Assembly: GCA_977020255.1 (NCBI GenBank)
Contig: CDROCS010006344.1
Location: 1 to 64,000, forward strand
From: Obrimoposthia wandeli
Lineage: Eukaryota
Length of the DNA stretch: 64,000 nucleotides
Reading direction: 5' to 3'
In this document: positions 1 through 10,197 of the stretch, piece by piece
Numbering within the stretch: position 1 is the first letter of the stretch
How the letters are laid out: every line of letters begins with the position of its first letter
Made by a program: the position numbers and the translations under genes
Notes under the pieces: model-generated
Seen by the model: the letters and a program-made list of their open reading frames with translations, nothing else
Databases searched by the model: none
Told to the model about the DNA's origin: nothing

Positions 1-966
1 GATCCAGGTCCTTTGGCCGATCACGATGTTGAAATTGCTGTGGATTATTGCGGTATTTGCCACAGCGATTTAAGCATGTTGAATAACGAATGGGGCATCA
101 CTCAATACCCTTTTGTGCCAGGGCATGAAGTGGCAGGCAAGATCAGTGCTATCGGTAAGCACGTGAGTAAATTTAATATCGGTGATCGAGTTGGCTTAGG
201 CTGGCACTCAAGCTACTGTAATGATTGTAATACCTGCCTTGAAGGCGATCACAACCTATGTAGCAGTGCGCAAGGCACGTTGATTGGTCGACATGGAGGC
301 TTTGCCGATAAAGTTCGAGCACAAGCAACCAGCGTTGTCGCACTACCGGATGAGCTGAGCAGTGAAAAAGCAGGTCCGCTTTTCTGTGGCGGCGTTACCG
401 TTTATAACCCGATGGTGCAGTTTGATCTAAAGCCAACAGCAAAAGTTGCCGTGATTGGTATTGGTGGTTTAGGACATATGGCGCTTAAATTCCTAAATGC
501 CTGGGGCTGTGAAGTCACTGCGTTTACGTCTTCCGAAGCCAAGCGCACTGAAGCGCTAGCATTAGGTGCACACAAAACCCTGAATTCTCGTGATAGCGCT
601 GAGCTTGCGACAGCCGCGAACTCTTTTGATTTAATCTTATCCACCGTTAACGTGAAGTTAGATTGGAGCAGCTACATACAAACCTTAAGACCTAAGGGAC
701 GATTGCACTTTTTAGGCGCTATTTTAGAGCCTGTAGAAGCCGTGTGTGTATTTGCATTAATTAAGCAGCGTTCTATTTCCCCCAGTTCTCACCTTGTTGG
801 TAGCTCCCTAAGCTGTTATATTGCAATAAAATTGTTGGAATTTGCGGCCCGCCATAACATTGAGCCGGAAGTAGAGGTCTTTGCGATTGCTGATGTGAAT
901 AGCGCGATCGAACGCTTAGAAAAAGGCAGCCCTCGTTATCGTGTAGTACTAAAAAACGAGTGTTAA
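1..966 (+). CDS. NAD(P)-dependent Zn alcohol dehydrogenase (Ahr/YjgB-like), 5'-truncated by window edge
   Basis: GHE catalytic Zn motif (PGHEVAG), structural Zn cluster C-x2-C-x2-C-x7-C, GIGGLG Rossmann motif and terminal RYRVVL. The frame is open from base 1 (DPGPLADHD...). Confidence 0.9.
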   Translation, partial: DPGPLADHDVEIAVDYCGICHSDLSMLNNEWGITQYPFVPGHEVAGKISAIGKHVSKFNIGDRVGLGWHSSYCNDCNTCLEGDHNLCSSAQGTLIGRHGGFADKVRAQATSVVALPDELSSEKAGPLFCGGVTVYNPMVQFDLKPTAKVAVIGIGGLGHMALKFLNAWGCEVTAFTSSEAKRTEALALGAHKTLNSRDSAELATAANSFDLILSTVNVKLDWSSYIQTLRPKGRLHFLGAILEPVEAVCVFALIKQRSISPSSHLVGSSLSCYIAIKLLEFAARHNIEPEVEVFAIADVNSAIERLEKGSPRYRVVLKNEC

Positions 967-1054
967 ATAACTGGATGGAATAACGGATGAAGTAAGATAT
1001 TGAGAGAACAATCCTGCCTCTGGTTTTCTAGAGGCGACTGGCTATACTGAGGTT

Positions 1055-1810
1055 ATGCGATTAACTCCTTTCTTTATTTTACTACTCATATCATCTTCCT
1101 GTTTGGCTGTAGAGCCGATTAGCGTCTCTGTAGGCATGTATCCTTTTGCCCCTTTTGTTGAGGTGAAAGGATCCCATGGTGAAGTCGGCATGACAGTCGA
1201 TTTAGTGGCTGCATTAAATAAGACACAAAAAAAATATCATTTTAATACGGTACTCATTCCCCCTAAGCGACGTTATCAGTCTTTTAATGATGGTCATTAC
1301 GATGTGATTTTTTATGAAAGTAAATCATGGGGATGGCAAGATATAAAGGTTGATGTCTCTCAGGTATATCAAAAAGGAAGAGAGATCTATGTTGCTCTAA
1401 AAAAGCCTGATCGCGACCAGTCCTACTTTAATGACTTCAATGGCAAAAGTATGATCGGGATACTGGGTTTTCATTATGGGTTTGCAGATTATAATGCTGA
1501 TGAGGGATTTTTACGTAATAATTTCAACATGCTGATAACTTCAGATAATAATAAAAATATGAATTTGTTGTTGAAAGAACGAGGAGATGTCGTCGTTGTT
1601 ACTAAGGCTTATTTACAGCGCTATTTATTAGAACACCCGGGTAAAAACTCTTTGTTATTAATATCAGATAAATTAGATCAAGAATATCATCATACCGCTT
1701 TACTTCGCCCAGGCATCTCACCTCAGATCAACGAAATTAATACGATGTTGAATGATTTGAAAAAGACGGGAGAAATTAAAAAGCTATTAAAAAAGTATGG
1801 GCTAAACTAA
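1055..1810 (+). CDS. Periplasmic substrate-binding protein (family 3, amino-acid-binding type), orphan
   Basis: N-terminal signal peptide (CLA/VEP), YPFAPF and GxxxDL motifs, and C-terminal G-x-I-x-x-L-L-x-K-Y-G typical of SBP_bac_3. No permease is adjacent. Confidence 0.75.
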   Translation: MRLTPFFILLLISSSCLAVEPISVSVGMYPFAPFVEVKGSHGEVGMTVDLVAALNKTQKKYHFNTVLIPPKRRYQSFNDGHYDVIFYESKSWGWQDIKVDVSQVYQKGREIYVALKKPDRDQSYFNDFNGKSMIGILGFHYGFADYNADEGFLRNNFNMLITSDNNKNMNLLLKERGDVVVVTKAYLQRYLLEHPGKNSLLLISDKLDQEYHHTALLRPGISPQINEINTMLNDLKKTGEIKKLLKKYGLN

Positions 1811-1836
1811 CCCATACTTATGGATAAAGCATTCGG

Positions 1837-2376
1837 CTAATGATGCATAGCTTGATGATTCATCATACTCAAGGCATCAATATCTATTTCATCAAACGTT
1901 AAAATCTTACCACCATTTTCTTTAATAAAAAGTTCGGCATCGGCTCGTTTTGAAAATGAAGCCAAGGCAGGCCCCATCGCGCCGTTTAACTTATGGCCAG
2001 TAACAAATAAAGCGGTTTTAGCATCAATATACTTTGCGTCTTCTTGGTTATCCCAAGCAGCGGTTGCTACATCGTGAACATAAATGTGTTCGATTCTATG
2101 CTTGTGTTCAGGCTGTAAAGCATAGGCGAACATATCTCGCGTTGAACAAAAGCGTTTAGCGGGTATGCCGCCGCGTTCAAAAACTTGTCCTTTAGGTCCT
2201 GGGAAGCGGTTAATGTACATGCCGCATAAATCACACTCTTCGCCATTTTGAATAATCACCGGATCAGGTGCCGCGGTGACTTGTTGTTCTTGTTCACCGC
2301 AGCCAGATAAGCCTGCCGATAATAAAATGAGCAGAACTAAACCAATACGCGGTATAACTTTCGCTAGATTTTTCAT
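1837..2376 (-). CDS. nosL: Nitrous oxide reductase accessory copper chaperone NosL (lipoprotein)
   Basis: Lipobox LSGC, CDLCGM motif, FCSTRDMF, MGP-x-L-x-x-F; last gene of the nos cluster. Confidence 0.93.
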   Translation of the reverse strand: MKNLAKVIPRIGLVLLILLSAGLSGCGEQEQQVTAAPDPVIIQNGEECDLCGMYINRFPGPKGQVFERGGIPAKRFCSTRDMFAYALQPEHKHRIEHIYVHDVATAAWDNQEDAKYIDAKTALFVTGHKLNGAMGPALASFSKRADAELFIKENGGKILTFDEIDIDALSMMNHQAMHH

Positions 2377-3206
2377 TATTCAGATAACTCTTTTTTGTTA
2401 AAGATCCACCAACTACAAGCGAGGGGTAAGGCAACCCAAAGCAACATAACCGAGAAAAGATACACAGTGCCATCAGCGCCATTCTCAGCGATCTGTAAGA
2501 CACCTGAATAACTCTCAGCCCCTATGATCGTATAAACCAGAATACGGAAAACATCGGTTGGGTTTACCCATAATAAAAACGGCACTAGGGTTTGGTTGAT
2601 ATTGCCTTCACTGGCTACCAATATGGCCATTAAGACGAGGTCGAATACCAAGACGAATAAAAACCAAACGATTAACGCTAAGCCTGCGGCTTTAGACTTT
2701 TCGGAAACCGAAATGCTGATGATGTAAGCGATGGCGATAAAGACCCAGCCTAACAAGCTAGCCAGAACAATAAACTGAGAAAAGGCGATTAATACACTGG
2801 CGACATCGACGTCGCTCACGAGGCAAATAATAATCGCCGGTAAGCCAAAACCCAGTACCGAAGCTAGGGTAATGATGGCCGCTTGGCCAGTAAACTTGCC
2901 CAGTAATAACTGCGCATTACTCAGTGGGTAAGTCATTAGCAGTAATAACGTGCCTTGCTCTAATTCACCGACAAAGCAATTATAGGCCAGCATTAGAGCG
3001 ATTAGTGGAATCAGCATGACGCATAAGCTAGCCAAGCTAACTAGGGTCGATTCTAATGAAGAAAAGCCTAATACTCCGGCAGTAGCAGAGCCAAAATAGG
3101 CAAGACCTAAAGACATCAAGATAAAGATAACGGTAATAGCACCAGTCCAGCGATTACGAATGCCATCACGAAATTCTTTTTGGGCAACGATTAAAATTTT
3201 ATTCAT
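2376..3206 (-). CDS. nosY: NosY ABC transporter permease
   Basis: KEFRDGIRNRW N-terminus, GELEQGTLLLLMTYPLS motif, multiple TM helices; position after nosF. Confidence 0.93.
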   Translation of the reverse strand: MNKILIVAQKEFRDGIRNRWTGAITVIFILMSLGLAYFGSATAGVLGFSSLESTLVSLASLCVMLIPLIALMLAYNCFVGELEQGTLLLLMTYPLSNAQLLLGKFTGQAAIITLASVLGFGLPAIIICLVSDVDVASVLIAFSQFIVLASLLGWVFIAIAYIISISVSEKSKAAGLALIVWFLFVLVFDLVLMAILVASEGNINQTLVPFLLWVNPTDVFRILVYTIIGAESYSGVLQIAENGADGTVYLFSVMLLWVALPLACSWWIFNKKELSE

Positions 3207-3218
3207 ATCTTATTATTC

Positions 3219-4157
3219 CTAAACTGCAGCACTATTGAAATCAGACAAGTAATGGCGATACAGGTCTTCTAGGGATGGCAGTTTTATATGCAGATCTTGC
3301 AAATTTTCTTCTGCTGCTAAATTTCTGAGAATAGCGAGCTTGTTTTCCGCCGCACTATTAAATCGATTATGCAGTGCTCCCTGAGCAGAACTTTGCAACC
3401 AATCAGGCTCGGTGATTAACCCTTTCATCTTATCTTCAATAGTAGCGCGGGTTAAACCAGAAACAGAAACTTCAATGGGTAAGTTAGCCGCTTCGCGCAG
3501 TTCAGCCAAAGGCCCCAATGCAAGCTTACGGCCTTGGCTTAAAATCATGGCGCGATCAATGTGATGTTCCACTCCTGGCAAAACATGGGAGCATAAAATA
3601 ACAGCACAGCCGCCAGACTTTAAACGGTCGACGGTGAGATAAAAATCTTGCGTCGCGACAGGATCTAAACCAACCGTTGGTTCATCGAGTATTAATAATC
3701 TTGGTGCACCTAAGAAAGCTTGAGCTAAACCTAAACGCTGACGCATACCTTTGGAATAGGTTTTAACTGCACGGTCGGCGGCAGGGGCCAGATTCACTTC
3801 TTCTAATAGTCTATCGGCTTGGGCTTTATTATGGCCTTTCAATTTGGCTAAATAGTGCAGTACTTCACGGCCACTTAAGTGTTCATAGAAGCTGACGTTT
3901 TCGGGTAAATAACCAAATTGAGTGCGATAGTTATGAGCTTGATTTGATCGAGGGCAGTGGCCTAAAGCCGATACAGATCCAGTGCTCGGTTTTAGAATAC
4001 CTAGAATCAATTTCATTAGCGTGCTTTTACCGGCACCGTTATGGCCAAATAAACCTAGTACCTCCCCCGATTTTACCGACATGGTCAGTGGGTGAAGCGC
4101 ATTTACATTGGGGTAGTATTTACACACTTGGTTAAGGTCTACGGCAATGTTATTCAT
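3219..4157 (-). CDS. nosF: NosF ABC transporter ATPase
   Basis: Walker A GHNGAGKS, signature YSKGMRQR, Walker B LLILDEPT; lies between nosD and nosY. Confidence 0.93.
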   Translation of the reverse strand: MNNIAVDLNQVCKYYPNVNALHPLTMSVKSGEVLGLFGHNGAGKSTLMKLILGILKPSTGSVSALGHCPRSNQAHNYRTQFGYLPENVSFYEHLSGREVLHYLAKLKGHNKAQADRLLEEVNLAPAADRAVKTYSKGMRQRLGLAQAFLGAPRLLILDEPTVGLDPVATQDFYLTVDRLKSGGCAVILCSHVLPGVEHHIDRAMILSQGRKLALGPLAELREAANLPIEVSVSGLTRATIEDKMKGLITEPDWLQSSAQGALHNRFNSAAENKLAILRNLAAEENLQDLHIKLPSLEDLYRHYLSDFNSAAV

Positions 4158-4163
4158 AAAATG

Positions 4164-5489
4164 TTATTCATAATGTGCGAGCGCCTTCTCTCTAGGCTGA
4201 ATTGACTTAGGCTTCATCAAGGGATTTGAGTCTTTCACCCCAGGAGCTTTTAATACAGGGAATTGTTGCTGAACCCAGCGCAATAATAAAACAGCTGGGC
4301 TATCCATCAAGAATCTAGCCTCTGGGTATTTCCAAAATAATTTATCGATACCGTCATTAGGTTCAAAAGGGACGTCGCCTTTGCCATCACCATCCATATC
4401 CCAACCACGGTAGTTGCTCCAATAGTTACCCTCGGATATACCATCGATTTCTTGGCTCCATTCTTGGAGTTTATTGGATACGTATTTCACTTGGATCTGA
4501 TTATCAATGAAGGTATTCCCCGAAATCTTAACGCCTTCTGAGCCCGCGGTTAGGTGAATACCAATTTCCGTATGCTCTATGTGATTATTACGGATGGTAT
4601 TGTAGCCAGAGTTATAAATAAATAAGCCTTTGCCATCACTACCTAGAACCTTTTTGTCAGCGGGTGTAATAACGTTCTTGATGACGTTATCTTCAAAGGT
4701 AGAATAAATAATAAAGTTGATTAGAAATCCATAGTCTTCACTATTTTCAGTTACATTGCCGCGTATTTCTAAGTAACGAGAGTTCATCATGGCGTAGCCA
4801 GCGCGAGTATTATAAGCGTAGTTATTAAGAATTTTATTATGATAAGAGTACATGTAGTGAATACCGTAGCGTAAATCGTGAACGGTATTATTGGCGATCG
4901 TATTATTGGTGCTGGAAATAACATAGAGGCCATCACGAGTTTTACTGATGTCGTTGCCACGCACTTCGGTATTTTTCATGTTCGAAATTTGAATACCGTT
5001 GCCGCGATCGGCCGAGCGCAATGTGTCATTACCAATGACTGTGTTATCTAGAATTTTATTATGCTCGCCGCCTTGCAGCCAAATACCAAAAGTATCGCCT
5101 TTAAGATAGCAATTTTTGATGGTGATTTTATTGGATTTTTTATCAGAGTAAATACCGGCATTTTGTTCGGTTAGATCATCTCCCCAGTTAACGATACGCA
5201 GCGAGTCAATGGTTACGCCTTCAGCATTAATCAATAGACCATGGCCTTGGCCTTGGGCATCCAGAGTCGCATCAGTGCCTGACAGCTCAATACTTTGGGA
5301 TATCACAAAGTTGCCGCGATACTCACCAGGCTGCAACTTCACCTGATCTCCGGCTTGGGTTTTATCTAGAATTTGTTGTAATGAGTCGAGCGCAGAAACC
5401 TGCCAAACTTTAGCATTGGTGCTGGGAATAAATACGAGCAAACTAATAAAAAATAGTAGTGTCTTGAGTGACTTCAACAACATTCTCAC
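4164..5489 (-). CDS. nosD: Nitrous oxide reductase maturation protein NosD
   Basis: Signal peptide, beta-helix repeats, RYGIHYMYS and GNYWSNYRGWDMDGDGKGD motifs. Confidence 0.95.
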   Translation of the reverse strand: MRMLLKSLKTLLFFISLLVFIPSTNAKVWQVSALDSLQQILDKTQAGDQVKLQPGEYRGNFVISQSIELSGTDATLDAQGQGHGLLINAEGVTIDSLRIVNWGDDLTEQNAGIYSDKKSNKITIKNCYLKGDTFGIWLQGGEHNKILDNTVIGNDTLRSADRGNGIQISNMKNTEVRGNDISKTRDGLYVISSTNNTIANNTVHDLRYGIHYMYSYHNKILNNYAYNTRAGYAMMNSRYLEIRGNVTENSEDYGFLINFIIYSTFEDNVIKNVITPADKKVLGSDGKGLFIYNSGYNTIRNNHIEHTEIGIHLTAGSEGVKISGNTFIDNQIQVKYVSNKLQEWSQEIDGISEGNYWSNYRGWDMDGDGKGDVPFEPNDGIDKLFWKYPEARFLMDSPAVLLLRWVQQQFPVLKAPGVKDSNPLMKPKSIQPREKALAHYE

Positions 5490-5529
5490 TTAAGCGGTTA
5501 AGCAGTAAAAGTAAGTTCTAAACTATCAT

Positions 5530-5564
5530 AAAAAAAGCCCAGTCGTATTAGAAACTGGGCTTTT
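5530..5564 (-). terminator. Rho-independent terminator/attenuator between nosZ and nosD
   Basis: Stem AAAAGCCCAGT (5533-5543) / ACTGGGCTTTT (5554-5564), 10-nt loop, followed by a U-tract on the minus strand. Confidence 0.75.
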
Positions 5565-5657
5565 ATTAAGGCTAACTTATAGATACTTGAGGTGGATCAT
5601 TTAGACCCAATTCAAGGCGCTCTTAAGGCGCCATATCTATGATTGATTTCTCAATCT

Positions 5658-7586
5658 CTACTTAGCTTCTACGAACATACGACCACGCATTTCCATGTGT
5701 AGCGCATGGCAGAACCAGTTGCAGTAGTACCACTGAACCCCTGGCTTATCTGCGATGAAGGTGATGGATGATGTAGCCTGTGGCCCAATTTCCATCTGCA
5801 CACCATGGTTAGTCATACAGAAACCGTGAGTTACGTCTTCGATGTTATCCAGGTTAGTTACAACAACAGTTACTTCGTTGCCTTGCTTAACCTTAAAGTC
5901 AGAAAGACCAAACATCGGTGCAACAGAAGTCATGTAAACACGAACCTTGTTGCCGTCACGAATCACCTTGTTATCTGTTTCAAGAGTTACGCCGTCTTTC
6001 TTAGCCATCTCAACGGTAGGAGCAAAAATTGGATCATCACGAGTCCAAATCTTCTTAGGCTTAACCTTGCTGCGGTGAACCATGATGCAGTCATGAGGCT
6101 CAGCAAACGTTGGGCCATCGTGAACAAGCTTCATTTCATCGCCAGAAATATCGATCAACTGATCGTTTTCAGGACGTAGTGGGCCTACTGGTAAGAATCT
6201 ATCTTTCGAGAACTTACAAAGTACAACTAACCACTTACCATCTGCATCACGAGTTTCACCCATGGTGGTATGGTTGTGTCCTGGCTGGTAATGAACATCT
6301 AACTTCTGACGAAGGTAGTTAACTTTTTCACCGTTATAAGCGGCAACAGCGTCTTTTACATTCCACTTAGCAATCTGGCTATCTAGGAACAAGGTAGTAT
6401 AAGCATTACCCTTGTTATCAAATGCAGTGTGTAGTGGCCCTAAACCTAGTTCAGGTTCAGCAACAACAGTATCGCGAGGCTTGATTTTGTCAGCGAATAA
6501 ATCATCTAACTTATCAATAGCAATCAAAGAAACGGTAGGTGATAACTTACCATTGATCGCAAAGTACTCACCACCTGGAGAGGTGTTAACACCGTGTGGA
6601 GACTTAGGTACAGGGATATAACGAGTTAATTTAGACCCTTTACGACCATCCAATACAGGAATGTTATTGCCGTTATAGTTCTTGAACTTGCCCGCTTTAA
6701 CAGCCGCTTCACAGCGTGCTAGGCTGAAAACAACAACGTGGTCACGTTCAGAAGAAACCATTTCGCCAAGTGTCATGCCCATTTCAGAGTTATAACAAGT
6801 AGAAGCAAAATACTTACCGTCATAATCAGCGTCGGTATTATCTAGGTTGCCATCAACCATTACTTGGAAAGAAACTTCCATAGTTTCAGCATCGATAACG
6901 TTAAACAATGAACGGTAAGTGCTTACGTCTTCCATCGACGCTTTACCGTCGTTATTCATTGGGATTTCGAATTCGCCGTTACAAATCACATACTTAGTAT
7001 AAGGTACTTTTTGTACACGCAGACCGTGAACAGCTTGTACGTTAGGGACAGTAATGATTTTATCAGTTTTCATTACATCACAACGAATACGGGCAACACG
7101 AGAGTTAGCTTTATCGTTGATGAAAACATACTTACCGTCATAACGACCGTCTTGCATGCTCATGTGCGGGTGATGTGAATCACCTGCTAACAAATGAGCA
7201 CTATCGCCTTTAATACGCTTAGATTCGTTGGTTAGACCCCAGCCGGTAGCACTGTCGATATTGAATACAGGAATACGCATTAGCTCACGCATTGATGGAA
7301 TACCTAGGATGCGAACTTCACCTGAGTGACCACCACTCCAGAAACCATAGTATTCGTCTAGCTCACCAGGGTGAACGACAGCGCTATTCGCGGCTTCAGA
7401 CGCTTGAGCTTTTGCAGAAGCGGCGAACATTGCAGCGGTCATTGGAATTGCACCCGCAGCAGTGGCAACAGCACCAGCACCTAGAAAACCACGACGGCTT
7501 ACTTCTAGTTTGCTTTCTTCCTGGTTTACTACAGGAATATCAACGCTTGTATCAATCTGATCAACTGGATTTTCTTTGTTATCCAT
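5658..7586 (-). CDS. nosZ: TAT-dependent (clade I) nitrous-oxide reductase
   Basis: Twin-arginine SRRGFLG, CuZ motif DSHHPH, CuA motif [12 protein letters not shown]. Start placed at 7586 (AAGGA RBS); the ORF track start is 7607. Confidence 0.98.
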   Translation of the reverse strand: MDNKENPVDQIDTSVDIPVVNQEESKLEVSRRGFLGAGAVATAAGAIPMTAAMFAASAKAQASEAANSAVVHPGELDEYYGFWSGGHSGEVRILGIPSMRELMRIPVFNIDSATGWGLTNESKRIKGDSAHLLAGDSHHPHMSMQDGRYDGKYVFINDKANSRVARIRCDVMKTDKIITVPNVQAVHGLRVQKVPYTKYVICNGEFEIPMNNDGKASMEDVSTYRSLFNVIDAETMEVSFQVMVDGNLDNTDADYDGKYFASTCYNSEMGMTLGEMVSSERDHVVVFSLARCEAAVKAGKFKNYNGNNIPVLDGRKGSKLTRYIPVPKSPHGVNTSPGGEYFAINGKLSPTVSLIAIDKLDDLFADKIKPRDTVVAEPELGLGPLHTAFDNKGNAYTTLFLDSQIAKWNVKDAVAAYNGEKVNYLRQKLDVHYQPGHNHTTMGETRDADGKWLVVLCKFSKDRFLPVGPLRPENDQLIDISGDEMKLVHDGPTFAEPHDCIMVHRSKVKPKKIWTRDDPIFAPTVEMAKKDGVTLETDNKVIRDGNKVRVYMTSVAPMFGLSDFKVKQGNEVTVVVTNLDNIEDVTHGFCMTNHGVQMEIGPQATSSITFIADKPGVQWYYCNWFCHALHMEMRGRMFVEAK

Positions 7587-7656
7587 TTTATTTTCCTTAT
7601 CTATCATTAAAATTCTTTAGTTTTAATCTTCTGAGTCTTAATTCGTACTGCTCGTA

Positions 7657-9822
7657 CTAAGACGTCTTATCAATAATTCGAATGGCTTCTGCCGGTGTCG
7701 CTTTTTGTTTTTGGCGCTTAAGCTTTTTCTGCTTAGCAACAAGAGGCGGACACTTATTTTCATTTTGATACGTTACTTGGCAATCGAGGCAGTGATGACA
7801 TTCTCTTAAATTAATATCGCCATTTTTTTCGATAGCACCAATCTCACATTCAACCGCACATAGCTGGCAAGGTTCGCCGCATTCTTTGCGACGTTTTAGC
7901 CAATCGAATAAACGAATACCCGATGGAATTGCTATTGCGGCACCTAATGGGCAAACATAACGGCAATACACCTTACGACTGAATATGGATACAAAAATCA
8001 AAGCGCTGGCATAGAGAATAAACGGCCAGTCACGATCGAAATTTAATAAGAAAACGGTTTTAAAAGGTTCAACTTCGGCGTAAACCTCTGCAGTTTGCAA
8101 AGACTCTAAAGACAAACCAAATAGGGCGAAAAGAATTAAATATTTAACGGCCCATAAGCGTTCGTGTATGGCGAAAGGCACAACGTATTGAGGGATCTTT
8201 AACTTAACCGCTAGCTCACCGACTAATTCTTGTAAGGCACCAAAAGGGCATAACCAACCGCAGAAGATACCGCGTCCCCATAATAAGAGAGTCACTGCGA
8301 TGAACATCCAGATACAGAAGATGATGGGATCGAGTAGAAACGTTTCCCAATGAAAATCTGACATCAAGGCTTTCATAAACGTAAGCACGTTGACGATGGA
8401 GACCTGCCCTAAAGAATACCAACCGACAAAAAGCACTGTATAAATTAAGAATGCGCGACGGAAGGCGTGTAGAAAGCGTGGGAACGTCACTAACCAGTCT
8501 TGCAGGAAGATAACAATGATGATTAAAATCATGCTGATTATTAATATAGTAACCGGCACTTGTTTAGCAATCCAAACCTGCTGCCACATAGGTAGGTCAG
8601 AGATATTCTGTTCAACGATAGGGCGAGTTAGGTAGTCTTCAATTGGCATGTAATGAGTTTTGAAACTACTGAAAAGGCTATCCAGCGGTCCAGTCTGACG
8701 ACGAACTAATAATTCAATTTCCCATTCGCTACCCGGATCAAATTTGTGATGATCACGGATAACGAAAATAGACATTTCTTTAAAACGTGGAGAGCCTTCT
8801 GAATAAATATCATTAATACGATATTGGTCTAGATCACGAAAGCTGAAAACGTTATCACCTTGGTGAATTTGAATTCGATCAAAAATACCACCACGAACAT
8901 AACCCGAGCCTTTAAAAGAAAAGCCATTGCCCATGAGTGCAAGTGCGTGCTCACCTTCTTTCAATTCATTTTGTAGCCATTTAAATTCGCTATCGCCAAT
9001 AAGGTTGCGACCAATGGTCGGAATATTAAGCTGGGTATAATAAAGGTCGATGAATGCAGCATTAGCTTCTTCTTCTGAAAGAGGTTCTGCAAGTTCACCC
9101 TCAGTACCTGCAAAGGATTGTTCAATCTGATCATTGCTCAGCACCATGCGACGGATAGAACCATCACCAGTTAGCTTAAGCCAATTACCTTTAGTAAAAA
9201 CGTCTTGCTTGATATCAGCAATGGGTTGCTGGTCAACTTCATCGAATTCTATAATACCTTTATTTTTAGCCACCATTTTGGCAGCTCGCATAATGCCCAA
9301 ATTAACCACCATGACGGTGACAGTTGCACCTGATAGGCCATCAATGTGAATGCTTTCATCTGCTCCTTGGCCGCCAATCTTTACGAGGTCAGTCGACATC
9401 AATCCTGCGTATTGATCTGTAAACGTATGAAGTTTGTGCTCAGGAATACCGACTAATAAAATGGGTTCGTGATGTTCTAATACATTAACGGCGATGATTT
9501 TTCCGTCAGTATCGATCGATACTAGGCTATTTACGGGTTCGCCAGAGTAAGCAGGAATCAGTGCAATATCATCGGTTTCAAATGAATAGCCGATAATTGT
9601 GTCGTCTTTTATAATCGTCCAAACAGACAGCTCACCTTCTTCATCAGAGGACGATTTTATGCCAATCGATGATGCTTCTGGGAACGCCGCTTCTATTAAA
9701 GGTTCAGCAGGTTTTGCGGGGCTAATGATTAAGCCACCGGCCAATGCCATGGTAGACGTGAGAAACATAAGCATAAGCAAAAATATATTTTTGCTAAAAA
9801 TTGCATTACTTAACTTGTTCAC
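7657..9822 (-). CDS. nosR: NosR (FMN-binding, 4Fe-4S membrane regulator/electron donor)
   Basis: DGLSGATVT FMN-attachment motif, FCGWLCPFG and YCRYVCPLGA motifs, C-terminal CxxCxxC Fe-S motifs; directly upstream of nosZ. Confidence 0.96.
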   Translation of the reverse strand: MNKLSNAIFSKNIFLLMLMFLTSTMALAGGLIISPAKPAEPLIEAAFPEASSIGIKSSSDEEGELSVWTIIKDDTIIGYSFETDDIALIPAYSGEPVNSLVSIDTDGKIIAVNVLEHHEPILLVGIPEHKLHTFTDQYAGLMSTDLVKIGGQGADESIHIDGLSGATVTVMVVNLGIMRAAKMVAKNKGIIEFDEVDQQPIADIKQDVFTKGNWLKLTGDGSIRRMVLSNDQIEQSFAGTEGELAEPLSEEEANAAFIDLYYTQLNIPTIGRNLIGDSEFKWLQNELKEGEHALALMGNGFSFKGSGYVRGGIFDRIQIHQGDNVFSFRDLDQYRINDIYSEGSPRFKEMSIFVIRDHHKFDPGSEWEIELLVRRQTGPLDSLFSSFKTHYMPIEDYLTRPIVEQNISDLPMWQQVWIAKQVPVTILIISMILIIIVIFLQDWLVTFPRFLHAFRRAFLIYTVLFVGWYSLGQVSIVNVLTFMKALMSDFHWETFLLDPIIFCIWMFIAVTLLLWGRGIFCGWLCPFGALQELVGELAVKLKIPQYVVPFAIHERLWAVKYLILFALFGLSLESLQTAEVYAEVEPFKTVFLLNFDRDWPFILYASALIFVSIFSRKVYCRYVCPLGAAIAIPSGIRLFDWLKRRKECGEPCQLCAVECEIGAIEKNGDINLRECHHCLDCQVTYQNENKCPPLVAKQKKLKRQKQKATPAEAIRIIDKTS

Positions 9823-9911
9823 TAAGAGATCCTACTTAGAAATTATTCGATATAACGATAAGTACTATCTACCTAGTGCGACAATTTGTCACATGCGATC
9901 ACCTTGGTTTA

Positions 9912-9925
9912 TTGATATACATCAA
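9912..9925. promoter_or_regulatory. FNR/ANR/DNR box upstream of nosR
   Basis: Exact consensus TTGAT-ATAC-ATCAA, 90 bp upstream of the nosR start. Confidence 0.85.
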
Positions 9926-9982
9926 ACTAAGATACGTTCTTTTTATTGAGGAATTAATTGCTTGTAAATGCAGAGGAGAAAA

Positions 9983-9996
9983 TTGATATCGATCAC
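9983..9996. promoter_or_regulatory. Second, near-consensus FNR-type box
   Basis: TTGAT-ATCG-ATCAC (one mismatch), 71 bp upstream of the first box. Confidence 0.5.
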
Positions 9997-10121
9997 TTTT
10001 TACTATTATTTTTGACGTATATGGCCTATTAAAAATTCGTCAACGTTTGAGTATTTAATGTTAAGAGTAGGTCTTTAAAAGAGAGGAGGTTGATCGAGAA
10101 ATGATTATAAATTGAATATTA

Positions 10122-10166
10122 GCCAAAACGAGTAGATTAAAACTACTCGTCGTACCGCGTTTTGGC
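10122..10166 (-). terminator. Hairpin downstream of the ALDH gene (putative terminator)
   Basis: ACGAGTAG/CTACTCGT stem (10128-10150), overlapped by the alternative pair GCCAAAACG/CGTTTTGGC. Confidence 0.45.
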
Positions 10167-10197
10167 TTTGATCTTATTTAGACAAGGTACACATTCT

